From a virus (Duplodnaviria; Caudoviricetes), in IMG/VR virus record IMGVR_UViG_3300037424_000564, positions 32,001 to 96,000 of that record: a stretch of DNA of 64,000 nucleotides, one strand, 5' to 3'. Positions 48,948-60,900 of this stretch are shown in pieces. The notes under the pieces were generated by a model that was given only the letters and a program-made list of their open reading frames with translations, was not told the DNA's origin and did no database searches. A program made the position numbers and the translations under genes. Positions within the stretch are counted from its first letter, which is position 1. The number at the start of each line of letters is the position of its first letter.

Positions 48948-51900
48948 TTATACACCAACGGAATCACCAACAAATGTCCAACCTTTATAAGTTATAAGAA
49001 AACCTCTAGCTTCTTCTGCTGTTCCTGCTGGTTCTTCACTACCGTAAGTATAAACAAGTCCATTTACACCTACTGTCATATTATCAGGTAGATTAGCTTC
49101 ATTTGCCCACCAAGCAAGTAATAATGAGCTATAATATAATTCTGACATTGCTGTATTATCTAACATATTAAGTAGAGAGTTTGAACCACTTAAATTATTA
49201 AAATTCCATCCTGAAATATCTTGATTAAATAAAGTAGCATTATTGAACATAGAAACCATATCAGTGACATTAGAGACATTCCAAGAATTTAATGGTTGAT
49301 TGAATGATGTAGCATTATTGAACATAAGCACCATAAAAGTTACATTAGAAACATTCCAAGAATTTAATGGTTGATTGAATGATGTAGCACCATTAAATAA
49401 ACTAGCAACATATATAAGAGAATCAGTATTCCACCCAGAAATATCTTGATTGAATGATGTAGCATTCTTGAACATTTCAAACATATTATTTACATTACTA
49501 GTATCCCACCCAGAAATATCAGAATTAAATGATGCAGCATCATAGAACATAGCAGACATATTAGTTACATTACTAGTATCCCACCCAGAAATATCAGAAT
49601 TAAATGATGTAGCAGTGCGGAATATGCTATCCATAGTAGTTACATTTTTAGTCCATATAGGATTATTTTCAATGAATGTTAGATTAGAACATCCATAAAA
49701 TCCACCAGCTAAACTAGTTAAACCTGAGTAGCCACCTGATAATACTGATGTTATTTTAAGTTTATCTCCTGTATTATTAAAACTCCAATGTGTCATTAAA
49801 CCTGTGACAGATACAGTTTTAATACCACTAGTAGCATATGTATGTTGATTGCCAGAGTTATACGCTGTTACTGGGTTAGTATTACCATCACCCCAATCTA
49901 CGATAAAATCATAAGTTCCAGCTACAGGTAGTGGTAATGTAACAGAGTTATCAGTAGTTAATGACCATTCTGTTATCATTGGTTCATATCCAGCTTCCAA
50001 TCCACCATCAGTAATAATCCATCCTTTAGTATTAATTAAATAATCTCTAGAAGCTGAACCAGCCTCTGTATATGCAGTAGGTCCACAGTCAAAATATACT
50101 CCTGTTTGTACTGGTTGAGAAGCCCATGAGTTTAAAGCTAGATCGTAATTTAAAGATATCCACGCTGTTGATTCAATCATATGACTCATACTATAACTTA
50201 ATGTATTATCTATTGAAGATACAGACCATGATGAAATATCTTGATTAAAATTACTATCAGAATAAAACATAAATGCCATACTTGAAACACTACTAGTATT
50301 TAATATGATAGATGCATTAAATGTAGATCTATAGAACATATAAGAAGTATCATTTATAGACGAAGTGTTCCAGTTTATAGGTTGATTATAAGCAGTAGGA
50401 CCTTTAAACATTCCATTCATTGAAACTACATTACTAAAATCCCATGAATTTAGTGATTGATTAAATGCTGTTGGATTAGTTGATACACCAGCAGCACTAA
50501 ACATATTGGTCATATTAGTTACATTACCTACATCCCAAGATGAAATATCTTGATTGAATGCATGTGCCGAAGAAAACATATACTGCATATTAATTACATT
50601 ACTTACATCCCATGATGAAATATCTTGATTAAATGCAAACGCCCCATTGAACATATCTTGCATTGCAGTAACAGAACTAGTATTCCATAAATTTAATGGT
50701 TGATTAAATATGTTAGCTTCATCAAATGTTTCCTGCATATTATTTACATTACTTACATCCCAATTATTAATATTTCCATTAAAATTGGATAGTGAGAAAG
50801 TACCATATAAATTATTAACATTAGATACATCCCAAGAATACAAATCTTTATCAAAAAGAGTAGCTTCATAAAACATAAAACTAATATCAGTTACATTATG
50901 GACATTCCAACTATTGAGAGGTTGATTAAAAACAGAAGCACCTCTAAACATTTGATACATATTTGTTACTTTAGATACATCCCAAGAATCTATAGATTGA
51001 TTAAAAGAAGTAGCACCAAAAAACATACCAGACATATCAGTTACATTACTAGTATTCCAGTCAGAAATATCAGAATTAAATGAAGTACAACTTCTTAACA
51101 TATCTCCCATGTTTGTAACATTTTTAGTCCATATAGGATCATTTTCTATATATATTAGATTTTGACATAGAAAAAATCCTTGGTATAAACTGGTTAAACC
51201 AGTGTATCCAGTTTTAACTACGTGAGTTAATTTTTCTGCGGAATAATGAAACATAGGAAATCTCCATTGAGTCATTAGACCAGTTATAGTTACTGTTTTA
51301 ACTCCACTAGTAGCATATGTATGACTATTACCGGAGTCATATGCAGTAACAGCATTAGTATTACCATCACCCCAATCGACAATAAAATCATAAGATCCAG
51401 CTATAGGTAATGGTAATTCAATTTCGTTATCATCAGTCAATAACCATTTAGTTACCATCGGAGTATATTTATCAATCAAATTAGTAGCAGACACAGCAAG
51501 TCCAGCTACTTCGGCGTAATATACATCACTGATATCAGTAGTTTCACCAAATTCAATTAGACCTCTGTAAATTGAAGTGTATTTAATAGTGATATCAACA
51601 TCAGATCCTGTAGGATTTGATATATTAAAATATACACCACCTGAAACTTCAACAACATTTGTAGAAAATTGGATTACATATTTGGACGCAGAAGTAACAT
51701 CAGCAGTAATTGTAGCTGAATTTATTTCAGTAGATCCTTGTTGTAAATTAAAAATTTGAGAATCATTATCAGCAGTGACAGAAAACTCAATTCCAGTTAC
51801 AGGCATACTTGCATACACTAATACTGTATAAGGAGTATTAGGTAATAGTTTTTCTGAAATATTTTGAGAAAATGAAGATCCAGTACCAATAGAACCAGAC

Positions 51901-52121
51901 GCAGTATTACTGTCAATATATTGGAAATATCCAGTACCTGTTAGATCCCATTGCAAAGGAGTTCCACTAATAGCAGGAGGCTCAAACAAATTTAAACGTT
52001 GATTCTTTACAATACTTTTTGGTGATGTATTAGAAATATCATCAAAGAATCTATCAAGACTTTGTTTTAAATTATAAGGAGACGCTATACCAGAACTTTT
52101 ATATCTATCATTAATATTCAT
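48948..52121 (-). CDS. DUF285/BspA-type repeat protein, two modules
   Basis: Many ~25-aa WNVSNVTNMxxMFxxATSFNQxxxx repeats; two VDWGDG PKD-like domains. Confidence 0.9.
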   Translation of the reverse strand: MNINDRYKSSGIASPYNLKQSLDRFFDDISNTSPKSIVKNQRLNLFEPPAISGTPLQWDLTGTGYFQYIDSNTASGSIGTGSSFSQNISEKLLPNTPYTVLVYASMPVTGIEFSVTADNDSQIFNLQQGSTEINSATITADVTSASKYVIQFSTNVVEVSGGVYFNISNPTGSDVDITIKYTSIYRGLIEFGETTDISDVYYAEVAGLAVSATNLIDKYTPMVTKWLLTDDNEIELPLPIAGSYDFIVDWGDGNTNAVTAYDSGNSHTYATSGVKTVTITGLMTQWRFPMFHYSAEKLTHVVKTGYTGLTSLYQGFFLCQNLIYIENDPIWTKNVTNMGDMLRSCTSFNSDISDWNTSNVTDMSGMFFGATSFNQSIDSWDVSKVTNMYQMFRGASVFNQPLNSWNVHNVTDISFMFYEATLFDKDLYSWDVSNVNNLYGTFSLSNFNGNINNWDVSNVNNMQETFDEANIFNQPLNLWNTSSVTAMQDMFNGAFAFNQDISSWDVSNVINMQYMFSSAHAFNQDISSWDVGNVTNMTNMFSAAGVSTNPTAFNQSLNSWDFSNVVSMNGMFKGPTAYNQPINWNTSSINDTSYMFYRSTFNASIILNTSSVSSMAFMFYSDSNFNQDISSWSVSSIDNTLSYSMSHMIESTAWISLNYDLALNSWASQPVQTGVYFDCGPTAYTEAGSASRDYLINTKGWIITDGGLEAGYEPMITEWSLTTDNSVTLPLPVAGTYDFIVDWGDGNTNPVTAYNSGNQHTYATSGIKTVSVTGLMTHWSFNNTGDKLKITSVLSGGYSGLTSLAGGFYGCSNLTFIENNPIWTKNVTTMDSIFRTATSFNSDISGWDTSNVTNMSAMFYDAASFNSDISGWDTSNVNNMFEMFKNATSFNQDISGWNTDSLIYVASLFNGATSFNQPLNSWNVSNVTFMVLMFNNATSFNQPLNSWNVSNVTDMVSMFNNATLFNQDISGWNFNNLSGSNSLLNMLDNTAMSELYYSSLLLAWWANEANLPDNMTVGVNGLVYTYGSEEPAGTAEEARGFLITYKGWTFVGDSVGV

Positions 52122-52130
52122 ATTTTTACC

Positions 52131-53888
52131 TTAAATTATAATTTTGAATTGTTCATTTGTGCTTGCCCATTTGCGATAGATTGGAACTTTGTTTGATATA
52201 TAAATTATAAGACCATTATCATAGCTCCAAGTATCTTGATTGAAGTTTACACCATACACACTTAAATCCCCATTATAAGTATCAGCAGTAAGATAATTTC
52301 CACTTGAATCTTTAGGTCTATAAGCAATGAATAATTGTCTGTAAATATTTTCAGTAGGGCTATTAGCGCCAATCAAATCAACTTCTTTTGAAATCAAAAC
52401 GTTAAAAAATCCATAACGTAATGCTTTATCTTTATCTTTTGTTTTTGCTACAGTAATAATTGCATTGATATCAGTTTCAGTTGATGATAGAACTGTATTA
52501 GTATTTATAGGAGTAGAAATTACGATATTTAAACCAGCATCACTATTATTAACCAAAGTTATACTATTACTTCCGGGTGTGTAATCAACAGCAGAAACAG
52601 TGTATGTTAGAGATTCAATTGCAATTTGATCACTAACAACAAATCCATTAAAATCAAATAGATTAATAATACTATCACCATTTGATACGGTTGATTTAAC
52701 AATTCCATTATGTACTGATGGAGAACCATTAAGAATTAATTGTTCAATAGTAAAACCAGCGGCTGAATAAAAAGCTTGCTCACTACCATTATTTACTTCT
52801 TTAACAAAATCAACATCAGCAGTTACTACTTTACTAAATCCATTAATATCAAAAAGAGAAGATCCTACTAAACTATTCTTTAAATATGATACATCTAGTG
52901 CTGGTGGATTACCATCAGAAGTAGGTATAATTGATTCATAAGGTAGAGCTTCATTCCAAATTCCAAATTCATCATATTGATTTGGTCCAATTATCATCTT
53001 GATATATTGTAATTCATTATTTGCAAATGAATAACTAAATGTAGTATATTTTTGTGAATTTCCTAAACTAGTTACTTCAGTATAAATTGCAGTAGAACTA
53101 GTTTCTTCCGCATTCACAAATTTCATATCATTTAGAATAATAGATCCAGATTCATCAACCAAAGAGAATGCATAAGAATTTATAAGAATATTTTTATGTT
53201 CTTCTGCACTAACAGCATCATTGAAAATAGATTCATCTGATTGTAGTTCAGATGCAGGTAATCCTGTTATATAAGTTTCGCCTAACACATTAATTGTTCT
53301 TTGTAGACCAGATGCAGCTAAACTCCAAGCACCACCAGAAACTGACTGAACATACATATCACAGTTAGACACGTAGTAAGGTGAATTTGCCAAGCTTTTT
53401 TCTAATATTTTTACAGGAAGATTTGTATTATTATTGTAGTTAAATAGGTAGTATGACCCTGATGAACTTGGAGTTAAATACTGATAGTAATATTTACTTA
53501 ATCCTTGAATGATAGCCCAATTTTTTCCCATATACATTAATTTGAGATCACCAATAGTTTGAACAGTCTGAACGTTACTAAATGTAACATCAGAGGTTTC
53601 TACAAATCCAATAGTAATTGTTTGTTGACCTTCTGTTGATCCAGCAATATCAATAATAGAATTTCTATCAAAATATAAATCAGAACTAGCGGAAGCACTA
53701 TTAAAAGTATTAGCCATGTTAGCTGGAAATGATTCATTTTCTAAAAGAAGAAGAGTATTAACTCCCCATTGCATATCTGGAGTTCCTTTTGAAAATCCTA
53801 GATAACAGTCCTCTGACAACATTGCGTCAAAAATGAACTGAGTATAGTTGTCAATAGTTGAACCACTCATGTAGTTATATAATGTCAT
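52131..53888 (-). CDS. Baseplate wedge protein (gp8-like)
   Basis: N-terminal YLGFSK...W and C-terminal GLIIYISNKVPIYR...EQFKIII as in T4-type gp8. Confidence 0.6.
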   Translation of the reverse strand: MTLYNYMSGSTIDNYTQFIFDAMLSEDCYLGFSKGTPDMQWGVNTLLLLENESFPANMANTFNSASASSDLYFDRNSIIDIAGSTEGQQTITIGFVETSDVTFSNVQTVQTIGDLKLMYMGKNWAIIQGLSKYYYQYLTPSSSGSYYLFNYNNNTNLPVKILEKSLANSPYYVSNCDMYVQSVSGGAWSLAASGLQRTINVLGETYITGLPASELQSDESIFNDAVSAEEHKNILINSYAFSLVDESGSIILNDMKFVNAEETSSTAIYTEVTSLGNSQKYTTFSYSFANNELQYIKMIIGPNQYDEFGIWNEALPYESIIPTSDGNPPALDVSYLKNSLVGSSLFDINGFSKVVTADVDFVKEVNNGSEQAFYSAAGFTIEQLILNGSPSVHNGIVKSTVSNGDSIINLFDFNGFVVSDQIAIESLTYTVSAVDYTPGSNSITLVNNSDAGLNIVISTPINTNTVLSSTETDINAIITVAKTKDKDKALRYGFFNVLISKEVDLIGANSPTENIYRQLFIAYRPKDSSGNYLTADTYNGDLSVYGVNFNQDTWSYDNGLIIYISNKVPIYRKWASTNEQFKIII

Positions 53889-53943
53889 AATAAATCCTTA
53901 TGCGTTTAGTTTATCTTATTTATACTAATTTATTTGATGCTAT

Positions 53944-55482
53944 TTAAGGTGCTAATCCACCATCACTTATAATCCATCCTTTAGTATTAACTAGAGAATC
54001 TTTAGAAGCAGAACCACCCGCTGAATATTTTGTTGGAGAACATCCAAATGCTACATTAGAATTTACATTTTGTGATGCCCATGAATTCAATAATAAGTCA
54101 TAGTTAGTTGTTGAGAATGATGTATTTGATAAAATTGAAGCCATACTAGTAACGGAAGAAACAGACCAAGAAGAAATATCTTGGTTAAATGAAGTTGCAT
54201 TAGACAATGTATAATTCATATTTGTTACTTTAGAAATGTCCCAAGAGTTTAAAGGCTGATTAAATGAAGTAGCACTATCCAACATACCAGACATATTTGT
54301 TACATTGGATACATTCCAAGAATTTAAAGGCTGATTGAAATTAGTTGCACTTAAAAACATATAACCCATATCTATTACATTACTAACATTCCAAGCAGAA
54401 ATATCTTGATTAAATGGTGAATTATCAAATAATTGATGCATGTTACTTACATTACCAGTGTCCCAAGAATTTAAAGGTTGATTAAATCCAGATAATCTAA
54501 ACATTTGATTCATATTTGTTACATTAGAAACATTCCAAGAATTTAAAGGCTGATTGAAATTAGTTGCACTTAAAAACATTGATGACATATCTGTTACATT
54601 ACTTACATTCCAACTAGAAATATCTTGGTTAAAGGAAGTAGCATTATTGAACATAGAAACCATATCAGTGACATTAGAGACATTCCAAGAAGAAATATCT
54701 GAATTAAATGATGTTCCTGATAACATTCCAGTCATAGTAATTACATTACTGGTATTCCACCCAGAAATATTTTGATTAAAGGAAGTTGCTCCACCAAACA
54801 TATAATACATATCAGTAACATTAGATACATTCCAATTAGAAATATCTGAATTAAATGCAGTTGCAATATGAAACATAAGATACATAGTATTAACGTTTCT
54901 TGTCCATATTGGATTATTTTCTATAAATGTTAGATTTGAACAACCACGAAATCCACCTGATAAATTAGTTAAACCAGTATAACCACCACTAAGAACTGAA
55001 GTAATTTTTAATTTATCTCCTGCGTTATTAAAACTCCAATGAGTCATTAAACCAGAAACAGATACTGTTTTAATTCCACTAGTAGCATATGTATGTTGAT
55101 TTCCAACATTATAAGCAGAAACTGTATTGGAGTTACCATCACCCCAATCTACAATAAAATCATAAGTTCCAGTAGAAGGTAGAGGTAATGTAATAGAATT
55201 ATTAGTAGTTAAACTCCATTCTGTTATCATTGGAGAATATGATATAGGTTTTGTATAAACAAAATCATTAATTAATTGATAACTACCACCTTTATAAAAT
55301 ATAGTTAATTTGATTCTTATTTCTGAATCAACTATATGGTCAGGTATATTAAATATAATATTGTTTAATACTGTATTTTTTGTTTGATAAAAAATACCAT
55401 CAACATATAAATCCCATTGATAACTATTAGCAATACCAACTTTTTCATATGATACAGATATTTTTAGTGCATTAATAGACAT
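53944..55482 (-). CDS. DUF285/BspA-type repeat protein, one module
   Basis: Same PKD-like plus repeat module as in 48948-52121. Confidence 0.9.
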   Translation of the reverse strand: MSINALKISVSYEKVGIANSYQWDLYVDGIFYQTKNTVLNNIIFNIPDHIVDSEIRIKLTIFYKGGSYQLINDFVYTKPISYSPMITEWSLTTNNSITLPLPSTGTYDFIVDWGDGNSNTVSAYNVGNQHTYATSGIKTVSVSGLMTHWSFNNAGDKLKITSVLSGGYTGLTNLSGGFRGCSNLTFIENNPIWTRNVNTMYLMFHIATAFNSDISNWNVSNVTDMYYMFGGATSFNQNISGWNTSNVITMTGMLSGTSFNSDISSWNVSNVTDMVSMFNNATSFNQDISSWNVSNVTDMSSMFLSATNFNQPLNSWNVSNVTNMNQMFRLSGFNQPLNSWDTGNVSNMHQLFDNSPFNQDISAWNVSNVIDMGYMFLSATNFNQPLNSWNVSNVTNMSGMLDSATSFNQPLNSWDISKVTNMNYTLSNATSFNQDISSWSVSSVTSMASILSNTSFSTTNYDLLLNSWASQNVNSNVAFGCSPTKYSAGGSASKDSLVNTKGWIISDGGLAP

Positions 55483-57169
55483 ATACGCTCACTTCTCCAA
55501 TTATACTTGTAGGTGTATCAAATTCAGCAATAAATTCAGCAAGACTACTTTCAAAAGTATAATCAAAATCATTAGTAATAGATAGTCTAGCCGCAGTTTT
55601 TTCACTATTAAATGAATCAAACGATAAGAAATCAAAATACACATTATTATAATTTCTTATATTATTAAATTTGAACGAATTATTTTTAGATACCCAAGAC
55701 TCGAATAATGATATATATTGAATATATCTAGTATTATCATATTTAAGAGTACTAGTAATCCAATCATTATTTTTAAGTTTTAGAATAACATATTCATCCT
55801 TATTTATAGTAGTATCATAGTAGTTTAAAAAAGTATGTTGTATATCAAGCAGTGTATTACCTTTATATTTTTCCCAAATATAACTATGAGCAATACCAGT
55901 TTGTTTATATGTAAATCTAGTGATATTATCTATACTTGTATATGATGTTATAAAATTAGATGTATCATGAGTAACTTTAAGCAAAGGATTTGCTGATACT
56001 GGCGCAATATAAAAATCAGTATCATGGTATGACATACCAACCTTTAAATTAAAATTATATTGATCTAAAACATTTATAAATTTACAATTTGAATGCCCTG
56101 TGAAAATGTGAGCAGAAACATTATATGATTCCAATGCACCTTGATTATGAAACACTTTTCTTAATTTAAAGAAATGAGGATCTATAGGTAGGGATGTTGA
56201 ATAATATTCAGCGTCTAGATAAGACACAGAATTGATATTCCAGTTCAAATGTCTTAGCTTTTGTTGATAGTTTATTAAATCAAAATCAGCATAGGTATCT
56301 CCGGTAAAAGAAGTAATTTCATTATATACTGAGTTCCATCCAATAGGGTGAACAACTGGTTTAATATATTTATTCCAGAAGGATTTTGGTAGAGAAGTAG
56401 AAACACGGTATACAAAATTATTAGACAAATCTTCTACAACAGAAATAAAGTTATAACCAAGAAATTTAGTATATAATCCCAAAACGAATGATATAAGATA
56501 AATATTACCTTTAAGTGCCCCATACCTAACAATATTTTTCATAATTGCTAAGTTAATATTATTAAGATATTCATCGCTATAATCTTCAATTGTTATATCA
56601 GGATTATCGGCATTCAAGTAGTTTTTATTTTTTATATTATAGAATAAAGTATTAAATTCAGAAAAATATTGATTAATATAATTTTCTAAAACCAATTGAT
56701 TACTATTAATTAATAATGTGTTATCATCATACTCATATTTTTTGGTTACAATATTATAAGAAGATGGAGTTAAATTAAAATCATAATGATCACTTTCAGT
56801 CACAACATTATCAATTGATATAATGTTATCGATATTTCTTAATTGGTGATATATATCATTATAGTTACGTTCAAATACATCATCAAAAACAAAGAAACGT
56901 TTTATATCAACAGTCAATAAATCATCTAGAGTAATTGAATTTATCATATTAGATATCAGAACATAAATTTTATTATGTTCCAAAATTTCTGGTACGATTG
57001 TTATAACACTTCCAGAAGAAGATGCGTTAACTACAATAGGTGTATAATCACCACCATCAACTCTATATAATTCAAAATTAGAAGCTGATACTGGATAAAC
57101 ATCAACATCAGAATTTAAAATAATAGATTCTGATGTTGAGTAAGTTTTCTTCGATAGTGTTAAATTCAT
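55472..57169 (-). CDS. Baseplate wedge protein (gp7-like)
   Basis: Position after gp6; LKGN...F and VHPIGW motifs. Confidence 0.5.
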   Translation of the reverse strand: MNLTLSKKTYSTSESIILNSDVDVYPVSASNFELYRVDGGDYTPIVVNASSSGSVITIVPEILEHNKIYVLISNMINSITLDDLLTVDIKRFFVFDDVFERNYNDIYHQLRNIDNIISIDNVVTESDHYDFNLTPSSYNIVTKKYEYDDNTLLINSNQLVLENYINQYFSEFNTLFYNIKNKNYLNADNPDITIEDYSDEYLNNINLAIMKNIVRYGALKGNIYLISFVLGLYTKFLGYNFISVVEDLSNNFVYRVSTSLPKSFWNKYIKPVVHPIGWNSVYNEITSFTGDTYADFDLINYQQKLRHLNWNINSVSYLDAEYYSTSLPIDPHFFKLRKVFHNQGALESYNVSAHIFTGHSNCKFINVLDQYNFNLKVGMSYHDTDFYIAPVSANPLLKVTHDTSNFITSYTSIDNITRFTYKQTGIAHSYIWEKYKGNTLLDIQHTFLNYYDTTINKDEYVILKLKNNDWITSTLKYDNTRYIQYISLFESWVSKNNSFKFNNIRNYNNVYFDFLSFDSFNSEKTAARLSITNDFDYTFESSLAEFIAEFDTPTSIIGEVSVYVY

Positions 57170-57916
57170 ATATTTACTCTATTGTGTTTAGAAAAATATC
57201 ACTTGATAATATATTAACAAGCTCACTTGTTGTCCCGTTTGATTCCAACATTTTTGAATAATTACTTAAAAGATCAGGAAAAAGATTCTCTTCCTCGAAT
57301 ATCTTTTGTTTGTATAGTAATGGTGCTTTTATCTCTAGTAAATTTGATTGTATAAATTTATCGTCATAAAAATCATCAACTAATATTTCAAATGAAGTAA
57401 ATCGTATTGGTGAAAATACAGATGGTATCAAATTACTAAGTTCAAATTTTATATATTTAAATTCTAGATTATCATAAATGTATTCATATTCGTTACTGAA
57501 TTCATTTAGTCTTTTGAATATATATGGAAATGTTGAAGTGTCATCATCATACGATAAAGTTGACATATTAAGAAATACATTTTCATCTACTCTTTTATAT
57601 AGATATTTATGGTCATCAATTCCTTCTTTAAAAGGCAATTCATACCAATTGATATAATCAATAGAAGTATAAATTTTATAAATTTGTTCAGAGTTATTGA
57701 CTCCACCAATAATATCATAAGTTATATCGGATAAAGTAATAGTATTACTAGAAGATATAATAATTTCAACGGAACTTACTGATGGATTAATTAATCTCCA
57801 AGATAATATATCACTTGAAGATTTTACTGAATATCCTAGTGAGACAACATTACTAGAAATAACATCATAATCTGAAACTATTATATTATTTTGTTTTTCA
57901 GTTAATAAATCGATTA

Positions 57917-60900
57917 TCATTTAATCACCGTTGCATCGTTAACATTAATAAATGTGAAGTTATTGAAAGATGTATCAAAATCTGTAATTGTATCATTTGT
58001 AATATTACCAGATGAATCAAGTTTATTTTTTGGTAATATTCTAATAAGATTCAAATCAGATTCATCCTCAAATAAAGATGTAAGTGGAACTAGATCAGTC
58101 GTTTCTACTAAGTTATACATACCTCTAACACTTGAATAGAATTTCATTTTACCTACTTCGAATAATTCAGTTAATGAAGTCGATAAGGATTGATATCTAA
58201 AAGTACCAATTTCAGTTCCGTTGAAAATATCATCAAAATAGAATTCATATAACATTGTTGTTGTATTATATACATAATAGAAATTAGATTGAAATCCTAT
58301 ATTATTGATATAATCTTGTCCTGTTAATTCAACATTAATATCTACATATTCAATAGTATAATCTCTCATTTTTGTCCAATTTGTTCCGTTGAAAATGATA
58401 TAATCACCACGAACAAAAGTATCACCAGTAGGAGAAATAATAGTTGAAAGACTAAAATCTCCATCTTCTGTAACCAAAGCAACATCTCCAACATTAGCTA
58501 CTACTGGTAAATTACTAGCAGAGGAAGCATCTAAACTACCAACGGATATTAATTTTTTCCAATTATTAGATCCAATATAAATTATTGAATCCCCTATTTC
58601 ATATACTTCAGGTAATATACCATTAAAATCTCCAGATGCAGCAATAACAAATATATTTCCATACTCCAAATTTACAGGTAAAGTGTTTCCAACAGTACCA
58701 TCAATATTAAAAGTTAATGGATAAGAAGGTTGATAAATGTTCCACTTACCATTACCAATATACAATAATACATCGTTTTCATATGCTTCGATGTAATTTA
58801 AGTTATTCCAGTTTACTCTATCGTATGAAGATCCAAAGTCACCAATACCAACTACTTTAAAAGAAGTTCCGATTGGAAGTCCAGTTACACTATAATCGAA
58901 AATTTCTAATGATCCACCAGAAACAGGATCAGCATCAATTCCAGAGAGTGCAGATGTTTCAAATGAATTGATAATTAGTTTCCATTTATTAGTATCAATT
59001 GATTCTTCTGGATCATAATATATGATATCACTATCTGCAAAGTTGCCACTTCTACCACCAAAGTTAGTAGTTCCGATAACATTAGTAACAATTTTTATTT
59101 CATAATCAATAGCGGCTGTAGGAAGATCAATACCAGCATCCAATCCATTTAGTGCATCATATGTTATGAATTTATAATTTAATTTTTCCCATTTATTAGA
59201 AGGATTCACAGTTGAATTTACATTAAAAATAATATAATCACCTGCTGATACTGTTTCAGTTAAAGTACCATCAAAATCACCACTGGCGCTAATTTGATAT
59301 ACAACATCATTGCCAATTGATTTGAATAGTTCAGTATCATCTTCTGCTGAAATATTTCCTAAATCAGTTGTTTTAGTCCAAATACCACCACTTAATGAAG
59401 AATTATATATTATATATTCTCCTTTGGTAACTGAAGTAAAGTTTGTAGCTGATAATGCAACAGAGAAAGTAGCTATAGCTTCATGAAAATCACCATTTGA
59501 AGGCACTGTTGTAATGTCAGCTTCTTTGCGAATGAATCCTTTATAGCCATTTTCTTTATTAAATGTACGTTTAATAATAGCAAACTCTGGATCAGCACCG
59601 ATATTAATAGTATAATTATCTTTTTGGTATGGATAAGTTCCAGTAACTGACATAGTAGCAACCAAAGGAGAATCTTCATTATTAATAATGAATTCTTTTT
59701 GGTTTCCTACTATATTAGAATTATTATCGGATTCAAATCTATAAACAGTAAAAAACTTATCAACTCCACCAATTTTTATTTTACATGTTTCTACATTTTC
59801 AGTCGAATCATCTTCATTATAAATGAATCTGTCGATATTAGTATTTGCAATATTCCCATAGATAGTTCTTTGATTGTAAGGTAGAAAATCATTAACTCCT
59901 AAAGATAGTAATTGTTTTTGTTCAGCATTTGTTTTAACAAAATTTGTTATAGCACTTGGATATCCATATTGATCTTTTTCAGTAATCTTGATAGGAAGAA
60001 ATATAATATTAATATCTTCATCACCAGTAGGATATAAACTATTTTTTGATATAATAAAATTATATTCATAATTTATATTAGATGATATAACATTATCGTA
60101 ACCACCTATAACACTATTCAAACGTGAAGATCTAAGTGAAGTATTAAATTGATTATAATTAGAAACAATATAATCTTTCAATGCAGTTGTAGTTTCATTG
60201 ATCAATTTTTGAGTTTCAAAATCATTTAAATCTGTAGAAATTTCTAGTTCAGGAGTAGCAGTAACATATATATATGAAGGTTTCATGAATGCTAATTTAG
60301 TAGAAATAATTCTATATTTGTTAAATTCAGATAAGATAGCAATTTCTTGTGCAAGGGTTAAATAAATTTCAGAACTTGATAATACATCTGATGTATTAAC
60401 GTATAATGGAATAGCAGTTAAGAAAATATTACCTAATTTAGACGCATCTCCACGAAACAATTCATCACCACCAATAACATTAGATCTATAGATATATGCA
60501 TTTTGTGATAATAATGTATTATAGTCATTCTTTGTCACTGCTCTACCAGCCATTGAGAAACTTTTAGGTGCTGATAGTTTGATTACTTCAAGAGTTTCAT
60601 AAGGAGAACCACCATATGAAGCAATAGTAGTTGTTGAAATATCATTAAAGTTACTCACATCAAAAGGGAATGATGCTGATAAAGTAGATGTATTAAATGA
60701 TACCAAAGAAAGACCATTAGCCAATTCTCCACTGGTTTCAAGATAATCTATATTTACAATTTGATTATTTGCAGGGTAATCGCTAATATTTCCATCTCCA
60801 AATGCAATTTTAACATGACCTTCAACAGAGATATCTTCTTCTACGAAGTAAGACAAAGGTGATAGTAAATTGAAAGATTGTTTTACTTCCTCCCATTTAA

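Noticed and set aside
48948-55482. Diversity-generating retroelement acting on DUF285 genes
   Set aside because: No reverse transcriptase or adenine-biased TR/VR pair seen in this window; the repeats are coding duplications
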